Shown here one piece after another: positions 27,414-41,829 of a stretch of 64,000 nucleotides of DNA; the stretch's first letter is position 1; every line of letters starts with the position of its first letter. Source of the DNA: Camelus dromedarius (Eukaryota); the NCBI RefSeq assembly GCF_036321535.1, contig NC_087447.1:40426001-40490000 (forward strand), read 5' to 3'. Made by a program: the position numbers and the translations under genes. The notes under the pieces are model-generated. The model worked only from the letters and a program-made list of their open reading frames with translations. It did not search any database and was not told where the DNA came from.

Positions 27414-28045
27414 TCTATCATACATTTATGTTTGTTTTTACAATTTAAATGTAAATAATAAGAAAGAATCTTTGCAAATTTAGGTAACTCCCATATAAAG
27501 TAAAAATGTTTTAAGTGTTAGTCTACTCCTACACTCTCAATCAAGAGATCAAACAACCAAGAAATATTCAATAAGATACAGTAAGAAAATGAAAGTAATT
27601 TGCCTAGGGCAGTGCATCAAAACTGGGGAGACTTCAAGGACTACACTCCTAGCATGCACAGCAAATAGCATGACGAGTCTACAGAAAACAAACAACAAAA
27701 CTAGCAAGATCAAAATCCGGTAACATTAATAGACGTTAACATACAGACACTGGGCAGTTTGAGAGTAGTACCTAAGAAAATAGTTGAAGGAACTAAGGAT
27801 ATCTAAAATAGAGAAGGCTTATGATAATAAACTTCAACTTCTAGGATTCCTCTACTTCATATAACACATATTTGGAAAAACAGAAGGCAGAAAAAAGGCT
27901 AGGAGACTCTTAAAAGGAAATTAAAAAGAAGATATTGATTTAGATAGTAGTTAAAAAGAATTAATGTCATTTGCAGCATTAGAGCTACACACAGTATCTT
28001 TAAAATATCTAATACTTTCATTTCTGGGACAAGAGGGAGTGTATG

Positions 28046-28290
28046 AGGGGGACAGGGCAGGGGGTGAGAAGGGACAGACCGGGATTTCAAAATGTAGACT
28101 AGATAAACAAGATTGTACTGTGTAGCACAGGGAAATATATACAGGATCTTGTGGTGGCTCACAGCGAGAGAATGTGACAATGAATGTATGTATGTTCGTG
28201 TATAACTGAAAAATTGTGCCCTACACTGGAATTTGACATGTTGTAAAATGACTATAACTCAATAAAAAAATGTTAAAAAAAAAAAAAAAA
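28046..28290 (+). mobile_element. Young 5'-truncated L1 3' end with long poly(A)
   Basis: L1 3'UTR, AATAAA and A-tract; 15-bp TSD a(a/g)gagggagtgtatg at 28031-28045 and 28291-28305. Confidence 0.9.
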
Positions 28291-28500
28291 AGGAGGGAGT
28301 GTATGGACTTCTCCCTATTCCTCCGGCTAAATATAACTGAAAACATTATGTATAAAACAAAGGTAAGAAGACATTGGAAGGTGGAGAGGAAGCAGACTGA
28401 CTAGGGATCTCAGGATCCAAGGAACAAAACATGGTGGTTAACTATCCAGATTTCTTTTTACCTAATATATCCTAGTCTAACTTTAAAAAAAGTCCAAGAG

Positions 28501-31500
28501 GCTGATTTTTGGTAAAGATGGCAGAGTAACAGGATAACAAGCTCGCCTCTCCTCAGGACTACAACAAAAACACAACTGACTGATAAACAGCCACCAAAAA
28601 ACAAAACAAACAAACAAAAACAAAAACAAAAAAAACCCTGGAACCTAGCCAAAAAAAAAAAGATCTTCGTTGACTGGAAACATAAAGAGGGAACCACAGC
28701 AAGAAAGTAGGAGAGGCGTGCAGGTGATATAACTGGGCCCCATAACCCCGGGTGGACAACCCACAAGCTGTAGAACAATTAAGTTACAGAAGCCCTCCCA
28801 CAGGAGAGTTCTGAGCCTCATGTCAGGCTCCCCAGCCTGTGGTTCCAGCATTGGGAGGAGGAGACCCCAGAACATCTGGTTTTGAAGGCCACGGGGACTT
28901 AACTCCAGAAGCCCCATGGGACTGAGGGAAACGGAGACTTCTACCTCTTGGGAGGCAGACACAGAATCTCATGCACAGGGGATCCAAGGGCAGAGGCAGT
29001 GACTTCATAGGAACCTGGGCCAGACCTGCCTGCTCATTTTGGAAGTCTCCTGGGGAGGAAGGGGACACCTATGGCTCATCCAAGGGACATAAAAGCTGGT
29101 GGCAGACATTCGGGGAGTGTTCATCTGCAGGAGCTTTCCTGGAAGATGACATCTTGCCTGGGTTATTAGCATTAAGACCTAGCCCCACCCAACACCCTGT
29201 AGGCTAAAGTGCTGGGAAGCCTCAGGGCAAACAACATACTGGGTGGGAATGCAGCCCCACCCATTAACAGACTTTCTGAGCCCAGTGCCACCTCTAGACA
29301 CTCCCCAAGGCCACCAGAGGGCCAGGACCAAGCTCCACGCAGCAGTGAGCAGGCACTGACCCCTCTGCCAGGAAACCTGCACAAGCCTCACCCACAAGGG
29401 GACAGATACCAGAAGTAAGAAAACAACAATCCCAAAGCCTGTGGAAGGAATCTGCAAACTCAGGCCAGACTCTACCCTGGAACCAGCTGGAGCTGGCCCT
29501 TGGGTGACAAGAGAGGAGTGCACTGCGAGGACGCATAGGACGTCTCCTACAGAGGGCCACTTATCCAAGGTTTAGAAACATAACTACCCTACATAAAAAG
29601 TACAAATAGAAATTTAGACAATATGAGGCGGCAGAGGAATATACCCCAGGCAAAGGAACAATATAAAATCCCAGAAGAAGAAATAAGTGATGAGGAGATA
29701 GGCCATCTATCCAAGAAAGAGTTTAGAGTTATGACTGTGACGATGTTCAGAGAACTTGGGAGGAGAACAGATGCAGAGTGAAGTTTTTAGCAAAGAGTTA
29801 GAAAATAAAAGAAATATTCAAACAAAATTGAGTAATACAATTACTGAAATGAATACACTAGAAGGAACCAAGAATAGACTAAAAGAGGTAGAAGAACAAA
29901 TCAGTGAGCTAGAAGACAGATTAGTGGAAATCACTACCACAGAACAGAAAAAAGAAAAAAGAATAAAAAGAAATAAGGATAGTTTAAGAGAACTCTGGGA
30001 CAACATGAAACACACTAATATTCACATTATAGGGGTCCTAGAAAGAGAAGAGAGAGAGAAAGGACCTGAGAAAATAGTTTAAGAGATAATAGCTGACAAC
30101 TTCCCTAACTTGGGAAAGGAAATGCTCATTCAAGTCCAAGGAGAACAGAGAGTTCTACAAAGAGGAACATACCAAGGCACATAGCAATCAAATTGACCAA
30201 AATTAAGGATAAGGAGAAAATATTAAAATCAGCAAGAGAAAAGCAACAAATAACATACAAGGGAACTCCCATAAGGTTATCAGCTGATTTTTCAGGATAA
30301 ACTCTACAGGCCAGAAGGGAGAGGCACAATATGTTTGAAGTGATGAAAGGAGAAAACTTAACAACCAAGAATACTCTATCCAGCAAGGCTCTCATTCAGA
30401 CATGATGGAGAAATCAAAAGCTTCACACATAAACAAAAGCTAAAAGAATTCAGCACCACCAAACCAGCTTTACAACAAATCTTAAAGGAACTTCTCTAGG
30501 TAAAAAAAGAAAGGCCACAACTGGAAACAAGAAAAGTAATCGTGAGAGGAGAAGGGTACAAATGCAGAGTATCTAAAATGCATTTGAAATTAAGAGATCA
30601 GCAACTTAAAACAATCATGTATATATACAGACTTCTATACAAAAACCTCATGGTAACCACAAACAAATGCAACTTTATAGTCATCAAACCACAAGACAAG
30701 ACAACAAAAAGAAGAAGGAGAAAAAAAGACCTACAAAACCAAATCCAAAACAATTAACAAAATTGCAGCAAGAAAATACATAACAATTAGTTTAAATGTA
30801 AATGGATTAAATGCTCCAACCAAAAGATATAGACTGGCTGAATGAATACAAAAACAAGACCTATATATATATATGTATATATGCTATCTACAGAGATCCA
30901 CTTCAGAACTAGAGACATATACAGGCTGAAAATGAGGAGACGGAAAAAGATATTTCAAACAGAAACCAAAAGAAAGCTGGAGTAGCAATATTTATATCAG
31001 ACAAAATAGATTTTAAAATAAAGATTTAAAAGAGACAAAGAAGGACACTATATAATGTTCAAAGGATCAATCCAAGAAGAAAATATAACAATTGTAAATA
31101 TATATGCACCCAACATAGGAGCACCTCAATATATAAGGCAACTGTTAACAGACATAAAAGGAGAAATTGACAATAACACAATAATAGTGCGGGACCTTAA
31201 CGCCCCACTTATATCAATGGATAGATCATCAAGATAGAAAATCAACAAGGAAATACGGGCCCTAAATTACACATTAGACCAGATGGACTTAACTGATAGT
31301 CACAGAGCATTCCATCGGAAAGCAGCAGGATACATTTTTCTCAAGTGCACACGAACATTCTCCAGAATTGATCACATGGTGGCCCACAAAGCAAGCCTTG
31401 GTAAATTTAAGAAAACTGAAATCATACCAAGCTTCCTTTCTGACCACAACAATGCTATGAGGTTAGAAATCAACTACAAGAAAAAAAACTGCTAACACGT

Positions 31501-34500
31501 GGAGGCTAAACAATATGCTACTAAACAACCAATGGATCACTGAAGAAATCAAAGAGGAAATCAAAAAATACTTTGAGATAAATGAAAATGAAAACACAAC
31601 AATCCAAAACATCTGGGATGCAGCAAAAGTAATTCTAAGAGGGAAGTTTATAGTGATACAAGCTTACCTCAGGAAACAAGAAAAGTCTCAAATAAACAAC
31701 CTAACCTTACACCTAAAACAACTAGATAAAGAAGAACAAACAAAACCCAAAGTTAGTAGAAAGAAAGAAATCATAAAGATTAGAGCAGAAATAAATGAAA
31801 TAGAGACTAAAAAAAAAATAGAAAAGATAAACGAAACTAAAAGCTGGCTCTTTGAAAAAATAAACGAAAGTGATAAACCTTTATAGCCAGACTCATCAAG
31901 AAAAAAAAGGGAGGGGACCCAAATGAACAAAATCAGAAATGAAAAAGGAGAAGTTACAACTGACACCACAGAAACACAAGGGATCATAAGAGGCTACTAT
32001 GAGCAACTATACACCAATAAAAAGGACAACCTAGAAGAAATAGACAACTTGTTAGAAGGGTACAATTTGCCAAGCCTGAATCAGGAAGAAATAGAAAATG
32101 CAAATACACCAATTACCAGTATTGAAATCAAATCAGTAATTAAAAAACTCCCAACAAACAGAAGTCCAGGACCAGATGGCATCACAGGAAAATTCTACCA
32201 AACATTTAGAGAAGAGTTAACACCTATGTTTCTGAAACTATTCCAAAAGGAAGGAACACTTCTGAACTCATTCCATGATACCACCATTACCCTGATACCA
32301 AAACCAGACAATAATACCACCAAAAAAAGAAAATTACAGGCCAATATCACTTGTAAATATAGATGCAAAAATCCTCAACAAAATAACTAGCAAATCGACT
32401 CCAGCAATGCATTAAAGTGATCATACACCATGATCACGTGGGATTCATGCCTGGAATGCAAGAACTTGTCAATGTCTGCAAATCAATCAATGTGGTACCA
32501 CACATTAACAAACTGAAGAATAAAAACTATACGATCATCTCCACAGATGAAGTTTTTGATAAAATTCAACATCCATTTATGATAAAACTCTCCAGAAAGT
32601 GGGCATAGGCAGAACATACTTCAACATAACAAAGGCCATATATGACAAACCCAGAGCTAACATCATACTCAATGGTGAAAAGCTGACAGCATTTCCTCTA
32701 AGATCAGGAACAAGACAAAGATGTCCACTCTCATCACTTTTACTCAACATAGCTTTGGAAGTCCTAGTCACAGCAATCAGAAAAAACAAACAAAAAAACA
32801 AATAAAAGGAATCCAAACTGGAAAAGAAAAAAACTGTCACTGTTCGCAGATGATATGATACCATACACAGAAAATCCTAAAGAGGCTACCAGAAAACTAC
32901 TAGTGCTCATAAATGAGCTTGGTAAAGTTGCAGGATACAAAATTAATATACAGAAAGCAGTTGCATTTCTATACACCAACAACAAAATAGTAGAAAAAAA
33001 AATTAAGGAAACAATCTCATTTACCACTGCATCATAAAGAATAAAATACCTAGGAATAAACCTACCTAATGAGGCAAAGGACCTGTATTCTGAAAACTAT
33101 AAGTCACTGATGAAAGAAACTGAAGATGACATAAACAGATGGAAAGATATACTGTGTTCATGGATTGGAAGAATCAATATTCTTAAAATGCCCATACTAC
33201 CCAACGCAATATACAGATTCAATGCAATCCCTATCAAATTACCAATGGCACTTTTCACAGTAGAACAAAAAAATTTTAAATTTGTATAGAAACACAAAAG
33301 ACCCAAATACCCAAAATAATCTTGAGAAAGAATAGAGCTGGGGGAATCATGCTTCCTGACTTCAGACTATACTACAAAGCTTCAGTAATCAAAGCAGTAT
33401 GGTACTGGCACAAAAACAGATGGATCAATGGAATAGGATAGAAAATTCAGAAATAAACCATGCACCTATGGTCAATTAAGCTATGATAAAGGAGGCAAGA
33501 ATACACAATGGAGAAAAGACAGTCTCTTCAATAAGTGGTGCTGGGAAAACTGGACAGCTACATGTAAAAGAATAAAATTAGAACAGTCTCTAACACCATA
33601 TACAAAACTAAACCCAAAATGAATTAAAGACCTAAATGTAAGACCAGCTACTATAAAACTCCTAGAGGAAAACATTGGCAGAACACTCTTTGACATTAAT
33701 CGCAGCAATATTCTTTTTTGGATTTGTTTCCTAGAGTAATGGAAATAAAAGCAAAAATAAACAAATAGGATCTAATTAAACTTATAAGCTTCTGTTCAGC
33801 TAAGGATACCATCAATAAAATGAAAAGCCGACCTACAGAATGGGAGAAAATATTTGCAAATGATGCTAATGACAAGGGACTAATTTCCAAAATATACAAA
33901 CAGCTCATAAAGCTTAATATTAAAATAAAAAGCAACCCAATCAAAAAATGGGCAGAAGACCTAAACAGACATCTCTCCAAAGAAGACATTCAGATGGCTA
34001 ACAAGCACAGGAAAAGATGTTCAACATTGCTAATTGTTAGAGAAATGCAAATCAAAACTACAATGAGATATCACCTCACACCAGTCAGAATGGCCATCAT
34101 TAAAAAGTCCACAAACAATAAATGCTGGAAAGGGTGTGGAGAAAAGAGAACCCTCCTACGCTGTTAGTGGGAATGTAAATTGGTGTGGCCACTATGGAGG
34201 ACAGTATAGAGGTTCTTTAAAAAACTAAAAATAAACTTTCTATATGATCTAGCAATTCCACTCATGGGCATATATCCAGACAAAAATACAATTCAAAAAG
34301 ACACATGCAGCAGCACTATTTACAATTGTCAAGACATGGAAACAACTTAAATGTTCATCAACAGATGACTAGAAAAGGAAGTTGTGGTATATATATACAA
34401 TGGAATACTACTCAGCCATAAAAAACAAAACAATGCCATTTGCAGCAACATGGATAGAACTGGAGATTGTTGTTCTAAGTGAAATAAACCAGAAAGAAAA

Positions 34501-34818
34501 AAAACATACAATATCACTTATATGTGGAATTTAAAAAAAAAAAAAAAGACACAAATGAACTTACCTACAAAACAGAAACAGACTCACAGACATAGAGAAC
34601 AGACTTATTGTTACCAGTGAGTAAAGGGGGTGTGAAGGGATAAATTGAGAGCTTGAAATTTGCACTTTTTGGGAAGTGATGGAAATGTTAGGTATCTTGA
34701 TTGTGGTGGTGGTTTCATAGGTATATACATCTATCAAAATGCATCAAATTGTACATTGGACATATGCGTAGTTTACTGTACAGAAATTATACCACAATAA
34801 AGTTGTTTTAAAATAAAT
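28501..34818 (+). mobile_element. Full-length but inactivated LINE-1 (5'UTR, ORF1 ~29623-30499, ORF2 ~30780-34480, 3'UTR)
   Basis: The ORF track gives ORF1 coiled-coil pieces and ORF2 EN/RT/C-terminal fragments ([32 protein letters not shown]) broken by stops and frameshifts. AAGATGGC at the 5' end, AATAAA at 34796-34801, imperfect TSD aaag(t/c)ccaaga. Confidence 0.95.
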
Positions 34819-34829
34819 AAAGCCCAAGA

Positions 34830-36285
34830 AAAGACTGCCTTTCTCTATCTAAAGGATCAGGAAAGGAGCAGCTTGACAAAACAGGAAATTTTTAGACAGT
34901 AACCACACCTCTCCAGCCAAACACCACAGAAAAAAACTGTTGCCCTACCTCTACTCCCATCACTGAAGTCCAAGACAGAAGCCTAGATTTCCACCCTTGC
35001 CTGGCTGTAACAAGGCACTCTCCCCCTCCTCCCCACCCCCAGGATGGTGTCAAAGAAGGGGACTTTGATCACAGCCCAGTGGTAAGGAGCATTTCCTCAC
35101 TTCTGTTTCAGTGGAGGCCACATGGGGAGGAATAACAAAGTGCTCCTCCCACTCCCAGCCAGGTAGTGTCCATAGAAGCTTAAAAGGAGCCTGAACTTCA
35201 CCCCAACTGGGCAATAACAAAGTATCCCTCCTACCCTAGACTGTAAATAAAGGTGGGTTGAGGAACCTGGATTCCCATCCCCACCTTAAAGTAATGAGAG
35301 AGTGCCCCCTTTTCCCTACTGGTGTGGTATGAGAGGAATTCTGTTAAAACAGAAGATTTAAATAAGACCCAGAGTCTCAAAACATAATACCCAAAATGTC
35401 TAGAATATAATGAAAAACCACTTGTCAATAACTAAGAACCAGGAAAATCTTAACTTGAATGAGAAAAGACAATCAAAAAATGCCAACACCAAGATGACAT
35501 AAATACTGGAATTATTTTAAAGTAGCCATTATAAAAATGTTCAACAAGCAATTATGAACACACATGAAACAAATGAAAAAACAGAAAGCATCAGCAAAGA
35601 AACAGTAGATTAAAACACAATAACCAAACTGAATACTCGCTAGGTGGCCTCAATAGCAGAAAGACGATGACAGGGCAAAGAATCAGTGAACCTGAAGATA
35701 AGAATAACAGAAATCTTTACCTGACCAATAAAGAAAAAAAAACAGACTTGAGAAAAAAAGATTAGTCTCAAGCATCTGTAGGACTATAACAAAAGATCTA
35801 AAGTTTGTATCACACAAGACCTAAAAGGAAAGAAAAAAGAAAGTGGGCCTGAAAAAGTACTCAAATAAATAATGGCTGAAAATATCCCAAATTTGCAGAA
35901 GACATAAAACTGTAGTTTATGTTTTCAAGAAGCCGAGTGAATACCAAATAGGACAGACCCAAAGAAATCCACGCATCATTATCAAACTCCTTGAACACTA
36001 AAAGAAGACGATTTTGAAAGTAGTGATAAAGAAACAACATCTATAAGGGCAAAACAATTCAAATGTAGCGTATTCTCATCAGAAATTACAGAGGCAGAAG
36101 TAAGTGGCACGATATTTCCCAAGCATTGAAGAACTGTCCACTCAGAATTCTATATTCAGCAAAAATATCCTTCAGGAATGAAAGGGAAATCAAGATATTT
36201 TCAGATGAAGGAAAACTAAGATATCTGTCCCTAACAGATCTACCCTAAAAGAATGGCTAAAGAAAATTCTCTAAACAGAAACTTG
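34830..36285 (+). mobile_element. Old L1M 5'UTR/ORF1 remnant, continuing 28291-28500 and interrupted by the full-length L1
   Basis: Decayed ORF1-like text (agaattctatattcagcaaaaatatccttcaggaatgaaagggaaatcaagatattttcaga). Confidence 0.75.
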
Positions 36286-36654
36286 GTAGTTTTTCTTATT
36301 AGAAAACTATTTAAAAATTATAGTGCTTCTTATTAGAACACTAAGAAACTACTTTGTATTAAAAATGAAATATGAATTTTATATTGTATGATAATGCATA
36401 AATACTATTTGATGTAAGTAATTAGACTATTACATGATTACACACATGTAAAACTCTGCACTACAAAATAATTTAGAGTTGATTCAATGTAGTTTTTGGA
36501 TTGTTTCCATAAAAGCTAGAAATCATGAAATCTCAGTCAAGTCTATAACCTCTTGTTATAGCACTCTACGCTGCAAAATCAAGTTCAACTTTCATCATTT
36601 CAGTTCACAAGTTTTCCAAAAATGTGACCCTCTATGAGTGTTTAAACTGCCTAC

Positions 36655-37215
36655 TGATTCGGGAATTTCACTTCTGCCTACCTAACAAAAAGAACTGAAA
36701 GCAGGGACTCAAATAGATTCTTGCACACCTATGTTCATAGCAGCATTATTAACTATAGCTAAAAAGTGGAAGCAACCCAAGTGTCCATCGATGGATGAAT
36801 GGAAACAAACGTAACACACACACACATGCACATGTGCACACACACAGGAATAATATTAAGCCTTTTAAAAAGGTAATTCTGACACATACTACAAAACGGA
36901 TAAATCTTGAGGAAATTATGCTAAGTAAAATAACCCTGTCATAACAGGACAAATACTGTATGTTTCCACTTACCTAGAGTAGTCAAATTCATAGACACAG
37001 AAAGTAGAATGGTAGTTATCAGACTGGGAAGGGGGAGAGGGTAGGAGGATGGAGAGTTATTGTTAATGCATACAGTTTTGCAAGATGAAAAGATTTCTAT
37101 GGATGGATGATGATGAGTAAACTCAATGTAAATGTACTTACTACCCTTGAACTGTGTGATGAAAAATAGTTGATGATAAAATTTATGTTATATATATTTT
37201 ACTATAATTTTTTAA
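36655..37215 (+). mobile_element. L1MB-type 3' end
   Basis: gaactgaaagcagggactcaaa...gtcaaattcatagacacagaaagtagaatgg. Confidence 0.8.
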
Positions 37216-40200
37216 AATACTGTTTTTAAAGAGAATTTGATCAAATTTTATGGAAGCAACAAAATTGCAAATTGGGTCTCCAACTGTTCTGCATTACAAA
37301 TGCACAATATGCATAAAAATATATTATGGGTATATGTAAATATATGTATAAGCGCATGAAACAAATTTCTATTTTTTCTTATAAAACAAAAAATTTTAAA
37401 TCTACTTATTTATTAAGGGCTTTCAAATGATTTGAGTATATAAATGCATGTGTGTAGAGAGAGATAGACATAGAAATAAAAACATTTCACATTTATATAT
37501 GTGTGCATATGTTTTCTACCTTCTTCCACTGAGAGGAACTAGAAGTAATAATATCCCATAGCAATAAACATATCTAGTGCCCAGATCTTGGTTTCTGAAT
37601 ACCATTCTACACAAAAAGGATCCATAGGTCTTTGTAGAAATGATCGATCGTAGGGTTAAGGCTGGGAAAGTACAGAAGGGTTTGGAATGTTCTGCACCAC
37701 CAGAAAGTAAGGACATGTTCCAACAATGATGCGATATGTCAAGAGGACACAGGAATAGCTGAATAGGCTCTCACTGGCCATATGTGGAATAACTAAAATA
37801 TCGAAATAATTTAATTTAAAAATTAATATTAAAAAGATTACTACATAGAATGGAAAGTAATCATATGATTAAGAATGTATATACAGGTAGTCTGGAAATT
37901 TTAATAGCAAACATGTCCTATTTCCTGAATATTGTTAAAATACTGATGACAGGCAGTAAGGATTTAGAGAATGGCTATAACTGGCCTAATACATCTTAGG
38001 GAAACTTCAGAAAAATTTGTTTTCAGTATTTAAAATTCACTTTGTTCACTTAAAAGCTGAAGTGTTAGCTATGGAAGTTAACTGCCAGGAAGCTGTGTTC
38101 CTAAATCAAATATCAAAACTTTGATCATATTTTTAAAAAATCTGATAGTGAACTTTCTATTCGGCATATTTTAATTATTCAATTTAGAAAGAGATGAGTA
38201 TGTAAATAAAAGAGAATTAAGGGCACAGGCATTATCATCAAATTTTATGAATCAAGTTAAAAAAATTGTTAGCACTTATTTGGTTTTTAAATTTTTGAGA
38301 ATTAAGTCATTTACTCTTTCCATGTTTGTGATTTCATGTTTTAAATGTTTCCATTTCAATGCAGAGGAAGACTGAAGTTAAAGTATATCACTTAAATAGA
38401 TCATATTTCCCATTCCCATTTCTGTTAAGCACTCCTAAAAAATCAAGCCTTTATAATAAAACATCTCCAATCATTACAATCAGAAAGTGATACAAACTAT
38501 ATTTTACTAACAAAATTCAAGACTTTCCAAGTATCCACTTTAAGTCTATCCCCACTAGTATCCTCTATAACTTCCCCTAAATGATCCAGTCTTCTTAAAC
38601 ACAGCTTTTCATAATATTTAGTTTTAAGATCAAATCTCTAAAAAAAATTCTTTCACATATTTAGGATTTGTATCAGTTTTCTAAAAAACAGAATTTAGCT
38701 CATCTTAATATACTCAAAACAAATATGCCCAAGGAATTGAGAGATCAGTCAGAAGTACATAAATACTTCAGAGAAAGCATAAGGATACAATACGAACATG
38801 AATAAGGACCATAACAACTATCAAGGAAGAAACATAAGCAGATTCGTATGTGTGATTCTGCTTAGCTAAGAAATAAAAATGGCTACTTTATAATCTTTAC
38901 TACTGAAAACAAACCAGAGAAGTAGCAAGTCTAAGTCCTTTAAGGAATTCTCTAAACAAAATATACTCATTCAGGGAAATAATTTCATTATATATTATAC
39001 TTTTGGAAGCATAGTGTGCTTTTAAAAGTTCTAAGGAAATTTTTAAAAACTGATTTTGAAACTCTGAAAAGTTTCCAAACTGATTTTAAATTTTGAAATC
39101 TTTTTTTTACTGCAAGGACTTTTACTATTTAAAGGAAGTTTGATAATAATCACTCCCTACTTTAACCTGCTTTCTTCATATATATTGAATTTCTTCAAAT
39201 TCAAATCTTCTTATAGAAACTTTCTATAAGATGACTTTGCACCTGTTCTAAAAGCTTAGCTCACTGCATAAAAAATTGTAAGTACATTCTACTTCACTAT
39301 TTTAATTTAATACAAATTATGTGATAAACTAATTTACAATGTTAACAGGTACTTATTTAATATATTATGGTACAGATTTTCTGAATGTAAACTAATATGG
39401 AATATGTTATAAAATCAACTGCCTGTCAATATATAACATTTATTTGTTTTTAAAATTTTGTAAAAATATATATTTTCATATCTTTCTTTCTTATGGGTGA
39501 CTTGTATTCCATTACATATATATGCTGCATCTTCTTTATCCATTCATCTATTGATGTGCACTTAAGATGCTTCCGTATCTCGGCAATTATAAATGTTGCT
39601 GTTAATAGCGAGGTGTATGTATCTTTTTGAATTAATTCATATTTTATAGTTGGCTTTATTCCTCTGATAACTATGTAAATTTAAAAAGCTAAAGCTCTAA
39701 GTGTTCTTAGAAACAATGAACAGTACCTATATGTGTATTTTTAAAAAATATGTGCAGTATATTGTGTATATGTATTTACATGCAATATACTGTATGTGTG
39801 CAGTCAAATTGCAACAATTCTACCTAATAAAACTGAAAAATGAAAAAAAAATTTTCATACCTGCCTTTGTGCTCTAGTATTAGGATGCCCCTCAGATTCC
39901 TGCGTTCCATTTTCTTCTAAAATACCCATAAAACAAGCTCCCAGAACCCCCATAATATTATAATTAGAAAACTAAATATATAAAACTCTTGGAAACTACG
40001 TAACATTTTTTCTTATAACAAATTACATCAAGTACTAATTCGATTAGTAGAAAAGTAACAATGTAAAGTTTCACCGCTTTAAGTGAGTAGTTTATGATCT
40101 ATTCAACTATGATCAACATATTTGACAGTTAAGAACCAATCAAATCTCATCACACATGACACAGAATTATAATACATATTTAAAGATGGATGGACCTTTG

Positions 40201-40794
40201 GACATCAGATCAAGCTCCTTATGTTACAGATGAATAAGAAGACATTCAGAAACCTGAAGTGACTTGCCAAGGTCTCATATGAACACAGATCTCCTAAGAA
40301 ATACAGACTTTCTGATGACTTAATAATGTTGACATACTTGTATCATTAAAATTATAATGATATTTTTCCTCTCACTTCTATCCTAACCCTACTCCCACTT
40401 TTGCTATACTCCTTTTAATAGTTGTTCTACTCCTGGTAATAAGTAACCCACTAATGTTTAGGTATCTAAACTTAGAAACTAAAACTACTCTCAGGAGGTA
40501 CAATATGCCCTTTTCTATTCCTGTTATCTTTATTTTTGATTGCAGCTAAGCTTTCTTCTGCGAGTAGGCTGTTGTTCACAAGCAGTGACTCAGCTTGTGA
40601 TACAACTGACTTATTTTCAAGTCTTGAATGTTCTACTGCATTATTACTAAATCAAAGAAGCTTGTTTATACGATCTGTTACTATGCTTTTTATTTAGAAG
40701 CATGGATAATAATTTTAATGTAAGAATGTTATATTTTATAGTATTTTGAATATGAAATTATACAACTACAAAAAATGTTAAAGTTATTTAAGAC

Positions 40795-40973
40795 TAAAGA
40801 TAAGTTTTTTCTGTATAGCAGAGGGAAATATATTCAGTACCTTGTAACTACCTTTAATGAAAAAGAATATAAAAACAAATATATGTATGTATATGCATGA
40901 CTGGGACATTGTGCTGTATGCCAGAAATCGACACATTGTAGCTGACTGTATTTCAATTTAAAAAAAAAAAAAA
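40795..40973 (+). mobile_element. Short L1 3' tail with poly(A)
   Basis: Similar to 63350-63525; imperfect TSD aa(a/g)g(t/c)tattta. Confidence 0.85.
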
Positions 40974-41829
40974 AGGCTATTTATTTCCTATTGGAGTGTC
41001 TACAGTGCAAAGAGCAATGCATTGCAGAGGCAAAAGATCTAGGCCAGAACCTCAGGTCAAAGTGGCTACTTTTCTTTCAGCTGTGTAATCCTATGCAAGT
41101 CACTAATCTTTAACTCTCAGGGTCCACAGAGTTTTTCTGAAGATCAAAAGAGAGGATATCTTAAAAATGCTCTATGAATTATAATAATAACAATAACATA
41201 CAAGGAGTATTATCATAGAACTATCAGTTACTCTCCTTATAATAGACTTAAGAAATATGTAATTCTCAACCATAATTAAGTTTAAAATATAATTTATATT
41301 ACTTAAGATTTCAAAAGATGATCTTTTTTGGGTAATAGAAAGTTCATCAAACAGAAAAAATCTGCAAAGATCCTTTGTTTTTTGATTGTATGGCTTATTA
41401 TAAAGTTTAAAAACCTCATACTAAAAAAGTACCTACTAAATACTGGGGGAAAAAAGACCTACTACTAAGAAATTTATGTAGATTTATAATTCATAGACAA
41501 ATCTTATACCTTGTCTGGTCCAACACCCTTATTTCACAGGTGAGAGAAGTAACAAAAGAAAAGCCAAGACAGGTTAAGCAACTAATAAGGCAAAAGCAAA
41601 CCAATGAGTTTTCTGATTCCCAAGCCATTATCCTTTTCACAAGACAGCTATTAATACAAACCCCTTTCTCAAGGAGCTCATCAAAATTATACCCACTACC
41701 CTTTAACACAATTATCAGTTTTCTCTATGTAAATAATAAGAAAATAGGTACTCTTTTTACTTCTCTATCAGTACAAGCAAAACTTGAAACATATAATACT
41801 AAAATCAAATACGATTTTTAAAATCAGGC

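Noticed and set aside
28458..34167. Many ORFs on both strands as independent genes or an active L1
   Set aside because: They are fragments or antisense shadows of a frameshifted L1; neither ORF1 nor ORF2 is intact.
36300..38350. Possible DNA-transposon remnants around the L1MB piece (also ~56880-57420)
   Set aside because: Too decayed to assign or bound by eye.
38836..38865. Short inverted repeat taagcaga...tctgctta as a miRNA
   Set aside because: Too short and imperfect for a pre-miRNA, with no other support.
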